Under the pieces are notes generated by a model. It saw only the letters and a list, made by a program, of their open reading frames with translations, did no database searches and was not told the DNA's origin. From assembly GCA_030606625.1 (NCBI GenBank), contig JAUWGC010000002.1, positions 1-43,786 on the forward strand: a stretch of 43,786 bases of DNA, in the 5' to 3' direction. Numbering within the stretch: the first letter of the stretch is position 1; every line of letters begins with the position of its first letter. The DNA comes from Bacteroidales bacterium (GTDB lineage: Bacteria > Bacteroidota > Bacteroidia > Bacteroidales > B18-G4). Made by a program: the position numbers and the translations under genes. Below are positions 24,115 through 33,293 of the stretch, one piece after another.

Positions 24115-26409
24115 ATGAAAAGATATCATCTATTTCTATTTTTTCTAATCTTCATTATATCCAATATTTCCGGACAGGTGAGGGTATACACTCCTGAATT
24201 AATTTTACCTGTGAATGGTGCTGAAGAACAAATGCCCAAAATGCTCTTAGATTGGAATGCCATCTCATCTACCGGAGGACTTCTTGTGTATGAAGTGGAA
24301 TGGGACATTGATAATGGTTTTATCTATCCTGAAAATATAATTACTGATCTAACGGCATTTGAGGTTTCAGAACTCTATTTTGATACCATTTACTTTTGGC
24401 GTGTAAGAGCCATCGAAAATAATGACACTTCCGATTGGTCTGAAATATGGACCTTCCATACAGTAAAAAATATTGAACTGGATGCTCCCTCTAATGGTTC
24501 AACCAGGGATCCTTACTTAAAATTTGCCTGGGATCCAATTGAAGGTGTCAATTTTTACGATATCGTTTATGATACAGCGAATATTTACTGGAATGAGCAA
24601 AAAATCGACCCCGGTGGTGCCACTCTCAGGGACTTGTTCTATATTAATGATACGCTCGGGTGGATCATAGGAGATAATGGAACCATCCTGAAAAAATCAG
24701 GTAATCAATGGATTAGGGCTCAGGAAGAACTCACAAACAAAAATCTATATTCTTTTCATTTCGTTGATGATACATTCGGTATTGCAGTAGGAAATGAGGG
24801 GACCATTCTTTATTATTTCAATGGGATTTGGATGAAAGAAACTCAACAGGTGACCGAAAATAACCTGCGTGGGATTTATTGCTTATCCTGCAATAATGCC
24901 TGGGCAGTGGGAAAAAATGGCACTATCCTTCATTACAATGGTTTAGAATGGGTGCATGATTCAATACCTTGGCCGATACATAGTAATGACATATACATGA
25001 TAAATGAGAATAATGGATTTATAGTTGGAGCTGGCCATATTCTTCATTGGAATGGCATTGAGTGGACCTTATTCCAGCAGATTGATTTTGAGCAATATAA
25101 ATTGTTTTTTCTGAATGATTCCGTTGGATGGACATGCGGGAAAAAAGGAACAGTTTACAAATATAATGGAACTAACTGGGTGCTGGAACATACGTGTACT
25201 GCTTTAAACAGTCATTTTTATGATATTATGTTCATAGACGAGGATCATGGTTCTGCAGTGGGGAATAACAGCCGTCTTTATTTTTACAAGCAAGGTGAAT
25301 GGATTCATATGGAAATGCCTGTAAAATACACCGACTTTTTTGCCTGTTGGCTTTTCACTGATGATTCTATCCATATTGTTGGTGAGGATGGAAAATTTAT
25401 TTATAACGATACCACAACTTTTTCAATTCCGGATACCATTGTGATTAGTGGGGAACATGATTATCAATATATTGATTTGTTTCATTTTGGTACTCGATTT
25501 TATTGGAAAATGAGGGGGCAGCATAATAGAGATACTACGGTTTGGTCTGATACATGGTACTTTAAAATTATAAATACATTGGATCTAAATTATCCTCCTA
25601 ATGGTGAACAATTGGAACATCTTTCAGTCGAACTTCTTCGCTGGGAAGGAATTTCTCACACTATTAATTACGAGGTACAGGTTGATGAAGATTCACTATT
25701 CATCTCACCTTTAAAATATTTTGAGGAATATAATAGCATAATGAATGTTCCATTAAATAAGTTAGGTCAAAAATATTACTGGCATGTCAGGGCCAACCAT
25801 TATACTGATACTTCAGATTGGTCGGAAGTATGGAATTTTTCTACCCCTAATACGGTTAAACTTCGTCTTCCTGAGAATGGTGCATCTGATGTTGCCTTAA
25901 GGCCAAATCTTTCATGGAAGCATATTGAAACTGTTGATTATTATGAAGTCTGGTATGATAGCGATCCTTCCATGCTGAATTGTGGGAAACAACTAATTGA
26001 CGGCTTAGTCAATGCATATATGATCCATCCGGATCTTGAAAATGAGCAAACCTATTATTGGCAAGTCCGTGCTATTTTCAATGCAGATACATCAGATTGG
26101 AGTGAAATTTGGTCATTTACAACTTTATCTCCTCAAGGGGTAAGCATAATGCCACAGGATGCCATATTGATTTATCCCAACCCGGCTAAAGATCATATAT
26201 TGATTAAACTGAAAACAACAACTCCCGTGAAAACAAAGATCCGGGTTATGGATATTACAGGAAAAGAATTTCTAAAACAGTATGCACTTTTTGATCAAAG
26301 ATCTGATGTTCAGTATATAGATATTAAAGAATTAGGCGAAGGTATTTATATCATCCATATTTCATCCGAATATTTTACTATATCCAGGAAAATTTCCATT
26401 ATCAGATAA
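24115..26409 (+). CDS. Secreted multi-domain protein: FN3-like modules plus a Ycf48-like beta-propeller, with a T9SS type A CTD
   Basis: Modules of the form P.NG...L.W......Y.V..D.D......Y.W.VRA...DTSDWSE(I/V)W.F.T recur. The central repeats GW(I/A)(I/V)G.NGTIL... are Ycf48/BNR-less propeller blades. The CTD reads LIYPNPAKDHILIK...GIYIIHI. Confidence 0.75.
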   Translation: MKRYHLFLFFLIFIISNISGQVRVYTPELILPVNGAEEQMPKMLLDWNAISSTGGLLVYEVEWDIDNGFIYPENIITDLTAFEVSELYFDTIYFWRVRAIENNDTSDWSEIWTFHTVKNIELDAPSNGSTRDPYLKFAWDPIEGVNFYDIVYDTANIYWNEQKIDPGGATLRDLFYINDTLGWIIGDNGTILKKSGNQWIRAQEELTNKNLYSFHFVDDTFGIAVGNEGTILYYFNGIWMKETQQVTENNLRGIYCLSCNNAWAVGKNGTILHYNGLEWVHDSIPWPIHSNDIYMINENNGFIVGAGHILHWNGIEWTLFQQIDFEQYKLFFLNDSVGWTCGKKGTVYKYNGTNWVLEHTCTALNSHFYDIMFIDEDHGSAVGNNSRLYFYKQGEWIHMEMPVKYTDFFACWLFTDDSIHIVGEDGKFIYNDTTTFSIPDTIVISGEHDYQYIDLFHFGTRFYWKMRGQHNRDTTVWSDTWYFKIINTLDLNYPPNGEQLEHLSVELLRWEGISHTINYEVQVDEDSLFISPLKYFEEYNSIMNVPLNKLGQKYYWHVRANHYTDTSDWSEVWNFSTPNTVKLRLPENGASDVALRPNLSWKHIETVDYYEVWYDSDPSMLNCGKQLIDGLVNAYMIHPDLENEQTYYWQVRAIFNADTSDWSEIWSFTTLSPQGVSIMPQDAILIYPNPAKDHILIKLKTTTPVKTKIRVMDITGKEFLKQYALFDQRSDVQYIDIKELGEGIYIIHISSEYFTISRKISIIR

Positions 26410-26431
26410 ACAAAGCAAATGATTTCATCAA

Positions 26432-26446
26432 CCACATGCTATGTGG
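26432..26446. terminator. Hairpin CCACAT-gct-ATGTGG between convergent genes
   Basis: A 6-bp stem sits in the 42-nt gap between the stops at 26409 (+) and 26452 (-). Confidence 0.4.
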
Positions 26447-26451
26447 AGTAA

Positions 26452-27168
26452 TTAATTGCTTGCACGGGGTTTTTCGTTATCTGTCAGAATCAATCCGACT
26501 TTTGGAATACACTCGATCTTCACGCTGGGATCATCATTGAGGTATCTTCTTAATTTAGAAATAAAAACATCCAGGCTTCTTCCAATAAAATAATCATCAT
26601 CTCCCCAGACCGACATTAAAAGATCTTCTCTTCTGACAATATTGTTTTTTGATATGCAAAGAAACCTTAATATATTACTTTCTTTGGATGTTAATCTTCT
26701 GGAATTCCCTTTTGAACTTAATAATTGGTTTTTGTAATTAAAGCTGTAATGTCCTATTTTAAATGTTGAATCGGCATTGCCTGAATTAAATCCTTTTGTT
26801 CTTTTCAATATTGCTTTAATACGGTAGAGAAGCTCTTCCTCATCAAAAGGTTTTGTTATATAATCATCAACTCCAATTTTGAAACCTTTGATTTTATCTT
26901 CTTTTAAAGATTTTGCAGTCAGGAATATAACCGGAATTTTTTCATTTAGTTTTTTGATGCGGGCAGCCAGGGTCACGCCATCCATACTTGGAAGCATGAT
27001 GTCAAGTATACAAAAGTCAAAGTGGTTATTCTTAAATGCGTTATAACCTCCTTCGCCGTCCCTGAAAAGCTTAACATCAAAGCCGTTAAACTGGAGAAAC
27101 TCCAGCAGGAGAAAACCCAGATTGATATCATCTTCAACCAGCAGGATATTGTATCTGTTAAGTTTCAC
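26452..27168 (-). CDS. OmpR/PhoB-family response regulator (receiver plus winged-helix DNA-binding domain)
   Basis: Receiver motifs: ILLVEDD...CILDIMLPSMDG...IFLTA...DDYITKPF. The C-terminal winged-helix segment reads ...LTSKESNILRFL......RSLDVFISKLRRYL. The apparent start is GTG at 27168. Confidence 0.85.
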   Translation of the reverse strand: MKLNRYNILLVEDDINLGFLLLEFLQFNGFDVKLFRDGEGGYNAFKNNHFDFCILDIMLPSMDGVTLAARIKKLNEKIPVIFLTAKSLKEDKIKGFKIGVDDYITKPFDEEELLYRIKAILKRTKGFNSGNADSTFKIGHYSFNYKNQLLSSKGNSRRLTSKESNILRFLCISKNNIVRREDLLMSVWGDDDYFIGRSLDVFISKLRRYLNDDPSVKIECIPKVGLILTDNEKPRASN

Positions 27169-27174
27169 AATTTG

Positions 27175-28437
27175 TTAATTAATCTGTGATAACGGAAAAC
27201 TGATTTTAATTGTTGTTCCTTTATCAGGTTTACTGCTGACTTTTATTTTCCCTCCGGCAGACTCAACAACTATCCTGACATAGGGTAATCCTAATCCATA
27301 TCCTTTGACATCATGAACATTGCCGGTAGGCACACGATAGTACTTTTCAAATATGTTTTGCAGGTGCTCTTTGCTAATTCCTATACCATTATCTGTAAAG
27401 GTTACGTATAGATGCGAATTATCACTGTTTGTCCTGACCAGTATTTCGGGAGGTTTCACAGTATATTTCATTGCATTATCCAGGATATTATCAATGGCAT
27501 TCATCATGTGAAATTCAATCCCCTGAATAGTGAATTGAGTAGCTTCCAATTCCATTTTAATATTACCTCCTCTTTCCGTCACCTGGTCTTCCATCGACTT
27601 TAATGATTTAATAATAACCGCATGTATGTCAGTTTGATTCACCGGAGTCTCTTCTAATCTATTTGTGGAAGCGGATACTTTTAAAAACTCATCTATCTGC
27701 ATGTTTAATTTCCTGCTTTCGTTTTCAATGATTTCACAATATCTTTTCAGCCTGCGGGAATCCATGATCTTTTCATCTTTTTTGATCCTGTTATTGGCAA
27801 AAGAAATATTAGCAAGTGGTGTCTTGAACTCATGGGTCATATTATCAATGAAATTTCTTGTGTTTTCGGCCAATCTTCGTTCTTTGAGATAATTCATCAG
27901 TGCTATGATAAATGAAACTGTGATAAGCAGGATGAATATTATTGATATGATAAACATTGGACCTATTTGAGCAAGTACAAATTCCCACTTGCCAGGAAAT
28001 TTAATCTTTAAATAAAGCCCGCTTTGTTGAAGTGCTTTATCCAGGCATTTAAAGTATGAACCATGATTGGATTTAAAAATACTATGTGGCTTTTTAGAAT
28101 GTATAACCTCAAAATCGTATTCCAGATTTATCTCAAAGTACTCTAAATCTTTTCTTATTATAGCATTGATCTTTTCCCAGTCATTGCTGTTCTGCATATT
28201 ATAATAGAAAGCCTGTTCATTTTCTTCCCTGAAACACCTGCAGATATTACTGCACATTAGTTTATCTTTTGAAATGCTTTCGGTAATCTTATATAATGCC
28301 ATATCAACAGTGTTATTGAATTGTTTTCCCTGCATTTCTGCAGCCCTCCATATCCAGACAAATTGAATAACAAGTAATCCTGTTAATAAAGTAAAGGTAA
28401 TAATGACTGTTAAAAGATGCTTTTTTCTTCGGTTCAT
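27175..28437 (-). CDS. Sensor histidine kinase (two TM helices, HisKA, HATPase_c)
   Basis: H box MTHEFKTPLANI, N box ILDNAMKY, G boxes TDNGIGI and GYGLGL. It ends 6 nt upstream of the regulator gene start. Confidence 0.85.
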   Translation of the reverse strand: MNRRKKHLLTVIITFTLLTGLLVIQFVWIWRAAEMQGKQFNNTVDMALYKITESISKDKLMCSNICRCFREENEQAFYYNMQNSNDWEKINAIIRKDLEYFEINLEYDFEVIHSKKPHSIFKSNHGSYFKCLDKALQQSGLYLKIKFPGKWEFVLAQIGPMFIISIIFILLITVSFIIALMNYLKERRLAENTRNFIDNMTHEFKTPLANISFANNRIKKDEKIMDSRRLKRYCEIIENESRKLNMQIDEFLKVSASTNRLEETPVNQTDIHAVIIKSLKSMEDQVTERGGNIKMELEATQFTIQGIEFHMMNAIDNILDNAMKYTVKPPEILVRTNSDNSHLYVTFTDNGIGISKEHLQNIFEKYYRVPTGNVHDVKGYGLGLPYVRIVVESAGGKIKVSSKPDKGTTIKISFPLSQIN

Positions 28438-28477
28438 ACATGCGAAATTACCCGGATTTTCAATTCATTACATAATT

Positions 28478-28505
28478 TTAACATAACATTAACATATCTT
28501 AACAT
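28478..28505. promoter_or_regulatory. Three phased direct repeats TTAACAT (plus one AACAT) in the divergent region between the TCS operon and the Cys-rich gene; candidate response-regulator binding sites
   Basis: TTAACAT occurs at 28478, 28489 and 28499, a spacing of 11 and 10 bp or about one helical turn. This is the arrangement typical of OmpR-family direct-repeat sites. Confidence 0.4.
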
Positions 28506-28575
28506 TGAAATAACCTAATCTTTGCGTACTTAATAATAATTTTATCGAATTAATAATCCTAAAAATAATAATAAT

Positions 28576-28923
28576 ATGAAAAAGTATTTTATTCTGTCAG
28601 GAATCCTTATTGCGTTTATTGCTTTAACTTTCAATTTACCGGCAAAAGTCAATCATAATAATGAACAACTCATCTCCTGGAGTGATGATACAACCAAGGT
28701 TGAAAAAAGCATAAGTGACACAAAAATAGAGCTTTCTGATAAAAGTAGTTCTTCCAAAAACTGTAAGGCTAAATGTGATCCGGCTTGCTGTGAGAAAAAA
28801 TGTGATCCGGCTTGTTGTATGAAAAATTGTGATCCTAAGAAATGTAAAATGACAAAAAATTCCGGTTGCTGCAAAGGCCAGGCACATCAAAAGAACTGTT
28901 GCAAAACTCCTAAAAAGAAGTAA
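28576..28923 (+). CDS. Small secreted Cys/Lys-rich repeat protein (KCDPACC-type repeats); possible metal- or redox-active periplasmic protein
   Basis: It has a signal peptide (MKKYFILSGILIAFIALTF). The C-terminal 55 aa contain 15 Cys: NCKAKCDPACCEKKCDPACCMKNCDPKKCKMTKNSGCCKGQAHQKNCCK. I recognise no family. Confidence 0.55.
   Translation: MKKYFILSGILIAFIALTFNLPAKVNHNNEQLISWSDDTTKVEKSISDTKIELSDKSSSSKNCKAKCDPACCEKKCDPACCMKNCDPKKCKMTKNSGCCKGQAHQKNCCKTPKKK
28771..28851 (+). repeat. Three tandem 27-nt (9-codon) repeats encoding KCDPACCxK units
   Basis: The units are aaatgtgatccggcttgctgtgagaaa, aaatgtgatccggcttgttgtatgaaa and aattgtgatcctaagaaatgtaaaatg. Units 1 and 2 are identical at 24 of 27 positions. 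Confidence 0.8.
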
Positions 28924-31324
28924 CAATAAGTGCTTCAATAGTTTTTTCTATCTCATCAGGAGTAACTGTTTCCAGGATCTTTTGTGTTTTCTTTATTGTG
29001 GATGCAAATTTTTCACCTTCGGCAGCACTTATCCAGGCAAGTTGTAAACGTTCAGTATTAATTCCTTTCTTTTCAAGTTTTTTCCACAATCTTTCAACCC
29101 GCTTTTTAGTTTGGTAATTAGCATCAATATAATGACAATCACCGAGATGACATCCAGCAACAAGGACTGCTCCTGCCCCTCTGCGGAATGCCCGTAAGAC
29201 AAATTCTTCAGATACCCGCCCGCTGCACATTGTCCTGATAATTCTTACACTTGAAGGATATTGCATCCTACTCACTCCTGCAAAGTCAGCGCCGGCATAT
29301 GAGCACCAGTTACAGCAAAATGCAACTATCTTTTTATCGGCATTTTCTTCTGTCACGGCATCGATCTGGGCAATGACCTGCTCATCGGTAAAATGTAACA
29401 TGGTAATGGCATCAGACGGGCATTCTGCCGCGCAAGTACCACACCCTGCACAAGCTGCCTCAATAGTATGTGCCGGTATCTTATTCTTAATATCAATCTC
29501 GATGGCGTGATACGGACAAACTTTTACACATCTGCCGCAAATTATACACTTTTCCTCATCAACAACTGACGTAATAGCTTCGACTTTGATTTTGCCTGCC
29601 TTCATCAGGATACTAGCCCTGGAAGCAGCAGCACTTGCCTGTGTCACACTATCCTTGATATCTTTTGGCCCTTCTGCACATCCGGCAAAGAACACACCTT
29701 GTGTTGGTGCGTCGACCGGTTTGAGTTTGGGATGGGATTCCATGAAAAAGCCATCGGAAGTTTTGGAAAGAGTGAACAGTCGCTGTATGATATCGCTATC
29801 TTTCTGAGGCTCAATACCCACCGATAGAACTACCATATCTGCCTCATGCTCCTGAACCTGTCCCGTGTTAGTATTTTCTGATATAACGAACAGGTTTTTT
29901 GTAACCGGATTTTCCCTTATCTCACCAGGCAACCCTCTGATATACATTACACCTTCGCGCCTGGATCTATTATACAGATCTTCAAAACCTTTACCATAAG
30001 CTCTTATATCGAGATAGAATACTTTAATATCAGTATCAGGCCAGTGTTCCTTGATCAGGAGAGAATCTTTGATCGTATTCATACAACAGACATTGCTGCA
30101 ATAAGGATTACCCTTTTTCTTATTTCGTGAGCCAACGCACTGAATAAAGGCAACAGTTTTGGGTATCTTTTTATCATTGGGGCGTATCAGGTGTCCTCCG
30201 CTGGGGCCACCGGCATTGATTAAACGTTCAAATTCGAGACTTGTGATAACATTCTCGTACCGGCGATATCCGTATTCTGTCATTTCCGTCGGGTCATAAA
30301 CATCGATACCTGTAGCAATAATGACCGTACCTATGTCCAATTCAAGTATCTCATCCTGCATATCAAAATCGATAGCATTCTTTTCACATTTTTCAACACA
30401 TTTATTACAGGCAATCGGAACATAGCCCATGCAGTCGTCCATATTAATTATATATGCTGACGGTACGGCCTGTGCAAAAGGAGTATATATGGCTTTTCTT
30501 GTTGCCAGACCCACATCGAATTCATTAGGCCTGACAACAGGACAAACTTCCGTACAATCGCCACAGGCTGTACATTCCTTTTCATCAACAAAACGTGCTT
30601 TCTTCAGTACCTTTATCTTAAAATTTCCCACGTACCCGCTTACATCGATCACCTCGCTGTTGGATAACAAGGTGATATTCGGATGCCTGCCTGCTTCACT
30701 CATTTTGGGAGCAAGAATACAGATAGAGCAATCCATTGTTGGAAAGGTCTTGTCGATCTGAGCCATTTTACCACCTATACTTGGCTCTTTCTCTACCAGG
30801 AATACTTCATAATCCTGATTTGCAAGATCCAATGCGGCCTGTATACCAGCCACACCACCGCCTATGACAAGAGATCTTTTAGTAATGGGTACCTCAGCTT
30901 CAGTTTGCGGCTTGAGCAACCTGGCTCTGGATACTGCCATATTTACAAGATCTTTTGCTTTTTCCGTGGCATTTTCCTTATCATATAAATGTACCCAGCT
31001 ACATTGGTCCCTGATATTGGCCATCTCAAAAAGATAAGGATTTAAGCCTGCCTCGGCACAGGCTGCTCTGAATGTTGGCTCATGCAGGCGAGGTGTACAG
31101 GAAGCCACAACAACCCGGTTTAGCTTTTGTTCTTTGATATCCCGTTTGATGATTTCCTGCCCGGGATCAGAACAGGTGTACTTGTTGTCGTCGGCCACAA
31201 CAACATCAGGAAGCGTGGAAGCATACTCTCTGACTGCAACACAGTCGACAGAACCGGCAATATTCAGGCCGCAATGACAGACATAAACGCCTATTCTGAG
31301 TTCTTCTTTATTGTCAGTATTCAT
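28910..31324 (-). CDS. HdrA-like flavoprotein/iron-sulfur protein fused to a C-terminal MvhD (methyl-viologen-reducing hydrogenase delta subunit) domain
   Basis: The N-terminus RIGVYVCHCGLNIAG is typical of HdrA. The FAD fold is VIGGGVAGIQAALDL, followed by FPTMDCSICILAP. There are several CxxCxxCxxxC ferredoxin motifs. The C-terminal MvhD pattern is VAFCCNWCSYAGAD...IRTMCSGRV...GCHLGDCHY. The gene overlaps the convergent Cys-rich gene by 14 nt. Confidence 0.8.
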   Translation of the reverse strand: MNTDNKEELRIGVYVCHCGLNIAGSVDCVAVREYASTLPDVVVADDNKYTCSDPGQEIIKRDIKEQKLNRVVVASCTPRLHEPTFRAACAEAGLNPYLFEMANIRDQCSWVHLYDKENATEKAKDLVNMAVSRARLLKPQTEAEVPITKRSLVIGGGVAGIQAALDLANQDYEVFLVEKEPSIGGKMAQIDKTFPTMDCSICILAPKMSEAGRHPNITLLSNSEVIDVSGYVGNFKIKVLKKARFVDEKECTACGDCTEVCPVVRPNEFDVGLATRKAIYTPFAQAVPSAYIINMDDCMGYVPIACNKCVEKCEKNAIDFDMQDEILELDIGTVIIATGIDVYDPTEMTEYGYRRYENVITSLEFERLINAGGPSGGHLIRPNDKKIPKTVAFIQCVGSRNKKKGNPYCSNVCCMNTIKDSLLIKEHWPDTDIKVFYLDIRAYGKGFEDLYNRSRREGVMYIRGLPGEIRENPVTKNLFVISENTNTGQVQEHEADMVVLSVGIEPQKDSDIIQRLFTLSKTSDGFFMESHPKLKPVDAPTQGVFFAGCAEGPKDIKDSVTQASAAASRASILMKAGKIKVEAITSVVDEEKCIICGRCVKVCPYHAIEIDIKNKIPAHTIEAACAGCGTCAAECPSDAITMLHFTDEQVIAQIDAVTEENADKKIVAFCCNWCSYAGADFAGVSRMQYPSSVRIIRTMCSGRVSEEFVLRAFRRGAGAVLVAGCHLGDCHYIDANYQTKKRVERLWKKLEKKGINTERLQLAWISAAEGEKFASTIKKTQKILETVTPDEIEKTIEALIVTSF

Positions 31325-32738
31325 TTTGTTTTAAATAATGATCAATACAATCTGCTGCTTTTTTTGCAGAAATTACAGCTTCAGAGACAGTTGCAGGCCC
31401 ATAAATTACATCACCACCGGCAAAAACGCCAGCCATGGTTGTTTCCATTGTCATTGGATTGACTGCAATAGTCCCGTCATTATTCATCATCACTTCTTCA
31501 GGCAGAAAGTTGACTGATGGTACTTCACCGATTGCTACTATTACCATGTCAGTATCCATTTCAAATTCCGAATCTTTGACAGGAACGGGATGTCTCCTTC
31601 CGGTAAGATCAGTAAGGCCCAATTCGATTTTAAGACATTCGGCCTTTTCAATTTTATCTTTTCCAATAAATTTGCCGGGAACTGTCAGGTAATGGATTTT
31701 TACTCCCTTTTCTTCAGCTTCCCTGATCTCATTTTTATCAGCAGGGATCTCTTTACTCGTCCGGCGATAAAGGACATGTACCTCTTTCGATCCTGATATG
31801 GCTGCTGCAGATGCAGCATCCATAGCCGTATTACCTCCTCCGATTACTAATACCTTTTCAGGCATTTTCTTTATTTTATTATTTTTCAGATCTTCCAGAA
31901 ATAACAAAGTATTTGTAACGCCGGGAAGATCTTCACCCGGAATACCTAATTTTAAGCATTTGTGAGCACCGGATGCTATAAAAACAGCACTGAATCCATC
32001 TTTAAATAGCTGGCCAAATGCCAGATCTTCACCGATCTTAATATTTGTTTTAATCTCAATTCCCTGCTTTTTAATATTTTTTATGTCATTATCAATAATG
32101 GCAGTTGGCAGGCGATATTCAGGTATACAGGTACGAAACATACCTCCGGCATTTGGCTGAGCCTCAAAAATTGTAACATGATAACCTTTATGGATAAGCT
32201 CACAGGCAACAAACAGTCCGGCCGGTCCTGATCCAATAACAGCCACTTTATTGTCTGATCGTGGAACAACTGCCTTTTCTTTTTTGAAGTGTATTTTATC
32301 GAATAGCTTGATCATCGTTTCTTTTTCGAGAGGAATCCTTTCGGGATGAAAACACACCCAGAAAAGACTACCTGGAAAGGGTATTTTTTCGCCGATGATT
32401 TTCATCGTTTTTTCCAGGTTTTCCAGGCCTTTTTCCTTAATTGCTTTTCTTCTTAGTTTTAAAAATATATCGGGTAGTTCTATTCCCTGAGGGCATCTTT
32501 TATTACACTGGTAACACGAAGCACAAAACCAAATATCTTTTTCTTCCAGGACTTTTTCAGGATCGATAAGTAATCTTCCCAGCAGGTGATGAGGATTGAA
32601 ATGCTGAGGGAACATTTCCACTATCGGGCATCCAGCGGTACATTTACCACATTCCAGGCATTCATATGCATTTATGATCACCTCTTCAAAAGAACTATCA
32701 AGCTGGATATCATAATTTGTTTTATTTGTTCCCATCAC
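31314..32738 (-). CDS. Fusion of an HdrC-like 2x[4Fe-4S] domain with a GltD/NfnB-like FAD/NAD(P)H oxidoreductase
   Basis: The Fe-S motifs are CLECGKCTAGCP and CASCYQCNKRCP, about 40 aa apart. The Rossmann motifs are VAVIGSGPAGL and VLVIGGGNTAMD, with GVFAGGD near the C-terminus. It overlaps the hdrA-like start by 11 nt. Confidence 0.7.
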   Translation of the reverse strand: MMGTNKTNYDIQLDSSFEEVIINAYECLECGKCTAGCPIVEMFPQHFNPHHLLGRLLIDPEKVLEEKDIWFCASCYQCNKRCPQGIELPDIFLKLRRKAIKEKGLENLEKTMKIIGEKIPFPGSLFWVCFHPERIPLEKETMIKLFDKIHFKKEKAVVPRSDNKVAVIGSGPAGLFVACELIHKGYHVTIFEAQPNAGGMFRTCIPEYRLPTAIIDNDIKNIKKQGIEIKTNIKIGEDLAFGQLFKDGFSAVFIASGAHKCLKLGIPGEDLPGVTNTLLFLEDLKNNKIKKMPEKVLVIGGGNTAMDAASAAAISGSKEVHVLYRRTSKEIPADKNEIREAEEKGVKIHYLTVPGKFIGKDKIEKAECLKIELGLTDLTGRRHPVPVKDSEFEMDTDMVIVAIGEVPSVNFLPEEVMMNNDGTIAVNPMTMETTMAGVFAGGDVIYGPATVSEAVISAKKAADCIDHYLKQNEY

Positions 32739-32744
32739 TTATAT

Positions 32745-33293
32745 CTATTTTGACTTTTTGAGGCCATAATTGTAACCTGTATGAAAAGCTTTCAGGTTCA
32801 GTTCCTCTGTGCCCACAGGAATGCTGGACAGCAATGCATCTTCCATTGATTTAGTCTCAATAATATCAGTGACCGCTGTGAAAAAACCAAGCATGATAAT
32901 ATTTGCAACGATCTTCCTTCCAATATCCTCAGCAAAACGGGTAGCAGGAATTGAAAAAATTTTGGTCCCCGAAGGAAATTTATTGCTATTTTCCACCATA
33001 TCATCGTCATAGATAAGCATACCATTACTATTCAATCCGGGAACATACTTGTCATATGCTTCTTTTGACATTACTATAAGTATATCGGGATGTAATACTT
33101 CCGGATAATCTATTTCACTATCGGAAATAATGACCTGTGCACTACAGGCCCCTCCCCGTGATTCCGGCCCGTAGCTTTGAGTCAATGTAGCATATTTTTT
33201 ATCATAAATTGTAGCGGCTTTTCCCATGATATACCCTGACAGTATGATTCCCTGTCCGCCGAATCCGCATATTTTAATATCGGTATGTTTCAT
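32745..33293 (-). CDS. 2-oxoacid:ferredoxin oxidoreductase, gamma subunit
   Basis: 182 aa with the motif ICGFGGQGIILSG. It overlaps the beta subunit gene by 4 nt. Confidence 0.8.
   Translation of the reverse strand: MKHTDIKICGFGGQGIILSGYIMGKAATIYDKKYATLTQSYGPESRGGACSAQVIISDSEIDYPEVLHPDILIVMSKEAYDKYVPGLNSNGMLIYDDDMVENSNKFPSGTKIFSIPATRFAEDIGRKIVANIIMLGFFTAVTDIIETKSMEDALLSSIPVGTEELNLKAFHTGYNYGLKKSK

Noticed and set aside
28910-31324. Selenocysteine in the HdrA-like protein, with the tRNA-like element at 43034 acting as tRNA-Sec.
   Set aside because: The HdrA-like ORF is uninterrupted, with no in-frame TGA. The tRNA-like element has no UCA anticodon, no long variable arm and no 8-bp acceptor stem.
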